In this document: positions 59,474 to 64,000 of the stretch, one piece after another
Position numbering within the stretch: position 1 is the stretch's first letter
Layout: each line of letters starts with the position of its first letter
Position numbers and translations under genes: made by a program
Notes under the pieces: generated by a model
The model's database searches: none
Told to the model about the DNA's origin: nothing
Seen by the model: the letters and a program-made list of their open reading frames with translations, nothing else
Source: Minisyncoccia bacterium
GTDB lineage: Bacteria; Patescibacteriota; Minisyncoccia; Phycocordibacterales; UBA9973
Assembly (NCBI GenBank): GCA_039809265.1
Contig: JBDHUR010000003.1
Span: 15,274-79,273 of the forward strand
Length of the DNA: 64,000 nt
Direction: 5' to 3'

Positions 59474-60463
59474 TTATTCTTCCTCTGCATCCCCTGTTTC
59501 GCCTGACTGCAGCGAGTCTATTATCTTGTCTATACCGCCCGCCATTAGACCTGGAATATTTGAAAAAGACTTCTTTATACGGTGGTCTGTTACCCTGTCT
59601 TGAGGGAAGTTATATGTGCGTATCTTCTCGCTGCGGTCTCCAGTGCCGATCTGGTTTTTCCTGTCTGCGGAATACTTTTTTGCTTCTTCCTCATCCTTCC
59701 GCTGTTGGAGCTTGGAGAGCAAGATAGACATTGCTCGCTCGCGATTGCCCAGCTGGCTGCGCTCTGCGGTGGAGCGTACGTCTATACCTGTGGGCTTGTG
59801 TATCACTCGTACTGCTGTTTCTACTTTGTTCACATTCTGCCCGCCTGCTCCGCCCGAACGAGAATACTCAAGCTCTATATCTGCCGGATTTATTTCAATA
59901 GTAATTTTCTTTTTTATTGGAAGCACTGCCACAGATGCAGTAGAAGTATGCACACGTCCGTTTTTCTCTGTGGCGGGGATACGCTGCACTCTGTGTACAC
60001 CAGTCTCATAGCGCAGCAAGCGATACACGTCCTTGCCATGCACTTCAAAAGAGGCTTCTTTATACCCGCCTACATCATTCTTGGATTCATCCACTGTTTT
60101 CCAAGACCAACCTCGCTTATCTGCATAGCGTTCGTACATCTCAGCAAGCTCATAAGCAAAAAGCGACGCCTCGTCTCCACCGGCTCCGGCACGAACTTCA
60201 AGGACTATTTCGTTTGGAAATTCTTCTTCCTCTTTTTCAGCATCTTGAATAGATTTGATCTGCTCTTCCAATGCTTCCTTTTGCATATAGATATTCTTCA
60301 GCTCCTCCTGTGCCATATCATGCAAAGTACCATCCGAGTCCAGCATCTCGCGGACTTCGGCTTCTTCGCGGGCAAGCCTTTCCAAACCTTCGGCCAGGAA
60401 ACTTGTTTTATGGCTTTTCTTTAGTTCTTCTAGATTGTAAGACATGGCTTTATTATACATCAA
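59474..60463 (-). CDS. prfA: peptide chain release factor 1
   Basis: 329 aa; GGQ motif ([12 protein letters not shown]), PAT tripeptide ([14 protein letters not shown]) indicating RF1 rather than RF2. Confidence 0.85.
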   Translation of the reverse strand: MMYNKAMSYNLEELKKSHKTSFLAEGLERLAREEAEVREMLDSDGTLHDMAQEELKNIYMQKEALEEQIKSIQDAEKEEEEFPNEIVLEVRAGAGGDEASLFAYELAEMYERYADKRGWSWKTVDESKNDVGGYKEASFEVHGKDVYRLLRYETGVHRVQRIPATEKNGRVHTSTASVAVLPIKKKITIEINPADIELEYSRSGGAGGQNVNKVETAVRVIHKPTGIDVRSTAERSQLGNRERAMSILLSKLQQRKDEEEAKKYSADRKNQIGTGDRSEKIRTYNFPQDRVTDHRIKKSFSNIPGLMAGGIDKIIDSLQSGETGDAEEE

Positions 60464-60512
60464 AAGAGCGGAAAATTTTGCTGAATAATCGCAAAATTTT
60501 CCGCTCTTTTTA
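60462..60512. terminator. long hairpin between rpmE and prfA
   Basis: aaaagagcggaaaattttgc / gcaaaattttccgctctttt followed by ttagaaat. Confidence 0.5.
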
Positions 60513-60517
60513 GAAAT

Positions 60518-60775
60518 CTATTTCTTCTTTGCGGTAGCACGGCGAGCCTTGAATTTCTCGATACGGCCAGCGTTGTCCATAACCTTCTCTGTACCAGTGT
60601 AAAAAGGATGTGAGGCACTAGATATTTCTATGCGGTAAGACGGATATTCCTTGCCGTCTTCCCATTTTGCTTTTTCCTCAGTCTCCACTGTAGAGTTGAT
60701 CAGAAACTTTGCATCACTGGAAGCGTCCACAAATAGGACTGGGCGATAATTTTTAGGATGAATGTCTTTTTTCAT
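60518..60775 (-). CDS. rpmE: 50S ribosomal protein L31 (non-zinc type B)
   Basis: 85 aa; [13 protein letters not shown]..., no CxxC pair. Confidence 0.85.
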   Translation of the reverse strand: MKKDIHPKNYRPVLFVDASSDAKFLINSTVETEEKAKWEDGKEYPSYRIEISSASHPFYTGTEKVMDNAGRIEKFKARRATAKKK

Positions 60776-60815
60776 ACCAAGGTACTTTAGCAGATTTTAT
60801 AGAAATTGGCAATAT

Positions 60816-62213
60816 CTAGCGTTTTGAGACTCCATATTCTTTCAAATAGTCTATGTCGTCCTGAATTTTTGCTTTTAAGTTCATCACACTTTTGCCATAT
60901 GAACAGCTTGAACCGCCAGTACCATAATATTTACAGGCAGCCTTGATTTGGCTAGAATAACTGTTACCAACGGCTCCTAGGTCTGCCAAATATAGGGCAG
61001 ATGCCATAAAGGCATCCTCTGCCATCCAAGGGTTTGGGTAGTGTCCAAGATCAGCCTGAAGACGATCTTCAAAAATTTTCCACGTGGACGGTATGAATTG
61101 CGCTGGGCCCATTGCTCCGCCCCAACCGGCAACCCCAGCTATCGGACAAGACACCACAGTCTTCGTCCAGTCATATCCAAGTTTTTTTGTAATTTCCAAA
61201 AATGGCCCCACATCCCTGCTTGGCTTCATTAGATTGGTAAAAGCTTTTCCTGTATTTACGCCAACACCGGCACCTGTTTCAGTATTTGACAGGTAACACT
61301 TGCCGACATTTGCACCCAGGTTTGACTCTTGGGTTAAAATAGCCAAAACGAGAGATGGTTCTACGCCAGTTTTTGTATAAGCCTGCTCGGCAAATGCCAG
61401 TGCTGCGTCAAAACGAATAGCTTGAGATTGACCAGCAAGCGTAAACAGTCTTGCGTTTATTGCTGCCACCTTTGCCTGCTGCTGAGCTATGACCTTCTGA
61501 TATTCTTTCTCTTTGTTCTGACTTATCGAAAGAAGCTGTTGTTGTTGTTTTTTGTTTTCTTCTACTTTTTTGCGAGCCTGCTCAAGTTCTGCTTTTGCAT
61601 CTGCTTCGGCATCTTGCTTCTCTTCCAGCGACTGTTTTTCTTCTTCAGTATCATGTCTAATACCATGAAGCTCATCAACCGAAGTCTTCAGTTCTACCTT
61701 TATACTAGATACTGAATCTAAATCATTATAAAAATCAGAAATACTTCCCTTTGTCAAAAGTAATTGAACCACTGAATCATTATCCAGCTCGCGGGTTTTA
61801 CGGATAAGCTGTGCTAGAGATTCTTTCTGCAGACCAAGCTTATCAGAAAGCACCGCAATCTTTTGATTCTTTTGGTCTATTTCTCCTCCAAGTTTTTTTA
61901 TAAGAGCCAACCGAGCATTAATCTTTGTTTGTTTTGCTGATATATCTGCTTGAAGTATAGAAATATCACCCTTCAAAGTACCCGACTGCTTTTTTTGGCC
62001 ATCTAACGCTTTTTCCTGCTCTGCAAGCTCTGCTTGGCACACTGCCAGCTTTTGACGAAGTTCATCCTGAGAAAGACCAGTAAAATTGTCATCACAAACA
62101 GCAGTGGGAGATTGTGCACTAGCGAAATGTGCATTTATGTTAAAACCGACAACCAAACTAAAAACTGCAAGCAATGCCACGGATTTTTGAACAAAGTTTT
62201 TCATATACTTCAC
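60816..62213 (-). CDS. secreted coiled-coil protein with C-terminal lytic-transglycosylase-like (SLT) domain, putative
   Basis: 465 aa; signal peptide, long coiled coil, LAILTQESNLG resembling the SLT catalytic ES motif. Confidence 0.5.
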   Translation of the reverse strand: MKYMKNFVQKSVALLAVFSLVVGFNINAHFASAQSPTAVCDDNFTGLSQDELRQKLAVCQAELAEQEKALDGQKKQSGTLKGDISILQADISAKQTKINARLALIKKLGGEIDQKNQKIAVLSDKLGLQKESLAQLIRKTRELDNDSVVQLLLTKGSISDFYNDLDSVSSIKVELKTSVDELHGIRHDTEEEKQSLEEKQDAEADAKAELEQARKKVEENKKQQQQLLSISQNKEKEYQKVIAQQQAKVAAINARLFTLAGQSQAIRFDAALAFAEQAYTKTGVEPSLVLAILTQESNLGANVGKCYLSNTETGAGVGVNTGKAFTNLMKPSRDVGPFLEITKKLGYDWTKTVVSCPIAGVAGWGGAMGPAQFIPSTWKIFEDRLQADLGHYPNPWMAEDAFMASALYLADLGAVGNSYSSQIKAACKYYGTGGSSCSYGKSVMNLKAKIQDDIDYLKEYGVSKR

Positions 62214-62228
62214 TATTATAGCATAACG

Positions 62229-62262
62229 AAAAAGCCGCGTCTGTCGTGACGCGGCTTTTGTG
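62229..62262 (-). terminator. rho-independent terminator after rplY
   Basis: aaaagccgcgtc-tgtcgtg-acgcggctttt; the minus strand reads a U-tract after the stem. Confidence 0.55.
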
Positions 62263-62280
62263 TGGATAGTATTTTTATGC

Positions 62281-62922
62281 TTATTCTGCAGTTTCTTCTT
62301 CTTTCTTGCCTTTTTCTACAGAAACTTCTATAGAAGAAAGGTCTACAGGCGCTGATTCTTCTTTTTCTTCTTTCATTTCTGATACTGAAGCTATAATATC
62401 GTCCTCATGGAGAGAAACCAGAACACCCTTCGGAAGCGCTAGGTCTTTCACATGGAACGAGCTGTGCAAGTCTACGAGCTTTGATATGTCTACAGCGATA
62501 GAGTGCGGCAAATCTTTAGGCAAAGCTTTGACCTCTATTTCATGCATAACTTTAATAAGCATGCCAAGGCCAGACTTCACCGCAGGAGACTCGCCTGTGA
62601 ATTCTATAGGAACTTTCACTTCAATCTCCTTGTTCGCATCAACAGCCAAGAAGTCTATGTGGACAGGTATGTGTCTCACCGGGTCCATCTGTATATCGTG
62701 AATAAGGGCATCTATTTTGCCGCCCTCTGTTTCCAGAACGATAGTTGAAGTCTCTCCTGCTTCTTTCCAAACTTTCAAAAAGTCTTTTGCAGACACAGTG
62801 ATAGAAGTTGCTGGCTTTTTGTTGCCATAGTAGACAGCCGGTACGCCGCCGCTTGACCTTAGGTCATCTATATTTTTACCCGCTTCTCTATTTTTTGCTA
62901 TAAGTGTAACCATGCGCTCCAT
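62281..62922 (-). CDS. rplY: 50S ribosomal protein L25 / general stress protein Ctc form
   Basis: 213 aa; N-terminal L25 beta-barrel plus acidic C-terminal extension. Confidence 0.8.
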   Translation of the reverse strand: MERMVTLIAKNREAGKNIDDLRSSGGVPAVYYGNKKPATSITVSAKDFLKVWKEAGETSTIVLETEGGKIDALIHDIQMDPVRHIPVHIDFLAVDANKEIEVKVPIEFTGESPAVKSGLGMLIKVMHEIEVKALPKDLPHSIAVDISKLVDLHSSFHVKDLALPKGVLVSLHEDDIIASVSEMKEEKEESAPVDLSSIEVSVEKGKKEEETAE

Positions 62923-62956
62923 TATATACAGATTTGCATTTTTGTCAAAATATATG

Positions 62957-64000
62957 CTATTTTTCCGGCTTTGCTAGGTGACTTGCAGCGTATTCTTTGG
63001 TACCGCCCCACTTTTTGCCTGGATTGAACATAAACAGCGGATCAAAGATTTTCTTTATTTGCCCAAAAAGGTCGTACACTTCGCTGCCAAACATTTTTGG
63101 TAAGTAAGGCGTGCGGATAATACCGTCATTATGCTCGGCATCTATTGAACCATGATAAGAAAGCACTAGATCGTACACCTCATCTGACAAATTTGAAATA
63201 ATCTCTGCTGTCTTTGGATTGTTGAAGTCCATGAGCGGTATTATATGGAAATTCCCATTTCCCGCATGACCAGCAATGGTGTAGATAAGCTCGGGATACT
63301 TTGCAAAAATAGAATCCAGCTTCGGCAGAAATTCCGGCAAGAATTCCGGCCGGACGATAATGTCATCTATGAAAGGAGCAGTTCTTCTGCCCTGCACATG
63401 CTTTCGCAAAAGCGCGAAGCTATCTCGTCGCATGTCCCAATACTTTTTTGCTTCTTGTTCACTGCTTGTAATACGTGCTTTCAAGTTAAAATGTGCTATC
63501 TTTTTCAATAGATTTTCAGATTTTATTTGTATTTCCTTTTCGTCCACACCGGAATATTCTACAAGTATTATCAGCTTCGGAACGCCACCAGTTAGTACCA
63601 TCCAAAATTCTGGAAAGAAAGATAAGCTGAAGCGTACAGTACCCCAAAGACCTTTTGCTTTTACAAAATCTTTAAAGAATTTCATTGCCAAGCCGAAGGT
63701 TTTGTCATCATACGATTCAACACTTGTCGGGTTTGTTTCTACTATCTCCGCAACGACAGAACCAAGCGGAGCCAAGTCATTCATAAACAGGACTGTCAGC
63801 TTTGAAACTTTTGGATTCTCCACCAAACGCCAAGTGATCTCTGTGACTATACCCAAAGTCCCCTGACTGCCTATTATGATCTGCGACAGGTCAAAAATGT
63901 CTTCTGCTTCACTTGCACCTTTTTGTAAAACATTCCAGATACGATAGCCAGCAGCATTTTTGGAAACTTTTGGCTTTGCAGTATCTATCATCATTTTATG
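62957..64000 (-). CDS. FAD-linked oxidase (GlcD / D-lactate dehydrogenase family), N-terminus beyond window edge
   Basis: Frame stays open to the window end. End of the FAD-binding PCMH domain (IIGSQGTLGIVTEIT) plus FAD-oxidase C-terminal domain. Confidence 0.7.
   Translation of the reverse strand, partial: HKMMIDTAKPKVSKNAAGYRIWNVLQKGASEAEDIFDLSQIIIGSQGTLGIVTEITWRLVENPKVSKLTVLFMNDLAPLGSVVAEIVETNPTSVESYDDKTFGLAMKFFKDFVKAKGLWGTVRFSLSFFPEFWMVLTGGVPKLIILVEYSGVDEKEIQIKSENLLKKIAHFNLKARITSSEQEAKKYWDMRRDSFALLRKHVQGRRTAPFIDDIIVRPEFLPEFLPKLDSIFAKYPELIYTIAGHAGNGNFHIIPLMDFNNPKTAEIISNLSDEVYDLVLSYHGSIDAEHNDGIIRTPYLPKMFGSEVYDLFGQIKKIFDPLFMFNPGKKWGGTKEYAASHLAKPEK

Overview
This 64 kb window is a densely packed, mostly core-genome segment of an AT-rich, reduced-genome bacterium. 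The gene content and style are compatible with a Patescibacteria/CPR-like lineage, but that is inference only. The standard genetic code applies: genes end in TAA/TAG, the rare TGA stops occur only in ATGA overlaps, and no long gene contains an in-frame TGA.

Recognisable conserved blocks:
- a truncated alaS at the left edge
- the infA-rpmJ-rpsM-rpsK-rpsD-rpoA-rplQ block followed by rplM-rpsI
- grpE/dnaK/dnaJ, with a PaaX-like winged-helix gene wedged antisense between grpE and dnaK and no CIRCE element
- cysS, rplU, recR, dnaB, trpS, an ABC exporter, an AspRS/AsnRS-type class IIb synthetase, a DedA-family membrane protein, scpA-scpB, a PBP5-type D,D-carboxypeptidase
- the mraY-ftsW-murG cell-wall block, gltX, an M23 peptidase, a SWIB-domain protein, rpmA, rplI, ctpA, rsmI, an S9 peptidase
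- a complete minus-strand F-type ATP synthase operon (atpZ-like, B, E, F, H, A, G, D, C), one tRNA-Ile(GAT), an RRM RNA-binding protein, prfA, rpmE, rplY and a truncated FAD-linked oxidase at the right edge

Compositionally distinct accessory islets sit between these blocks:
1. nt 15283-21567: a strongly AT-rich, translationally coupled five-gene operon (E1/ThiF-like with an N-terminal extension, Leu/Phe-type amino-acid dehydrogenase, PaaK/F390-synthetase-like adenylating enzyme, tandem nitroreductase-fold flavoprotein, polytopic sensor histidine kinase). This is the best candidate for an undescribed modification/biosynthesis-plus-sensing system.
2. nt 8241-11158: an AAA+ (AAA_5-type) ATPase that appears to be joined by a frameshift to a Trp/Gly-rich C-terminal module. 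It is followed by two long perfect palindromes and an AT-rich orphan gene with a consensus promoter.
3. nt 53152-53439 and 54354-54695: two AT-rich small ORFs wedged with 1-6 nt gaps between atpA/atpG/atpD.
4. nt 46184-47923: a degenerate RHS polymorphic-toxin locus (orphan C-terminal tip with a PD-(D/E)xK-like motif, a HEAT-repeat immunity candidate, and a signal-peptide plus YD-repeat remnant).

Several genes (rplU, grpE, trpS, possibly the E1-like gene) have -10 elements within about 6-10 nt of the start codon, suggesting leaderless mRNAs. No CRISPR array, rRNA or obvious transposase was seen.
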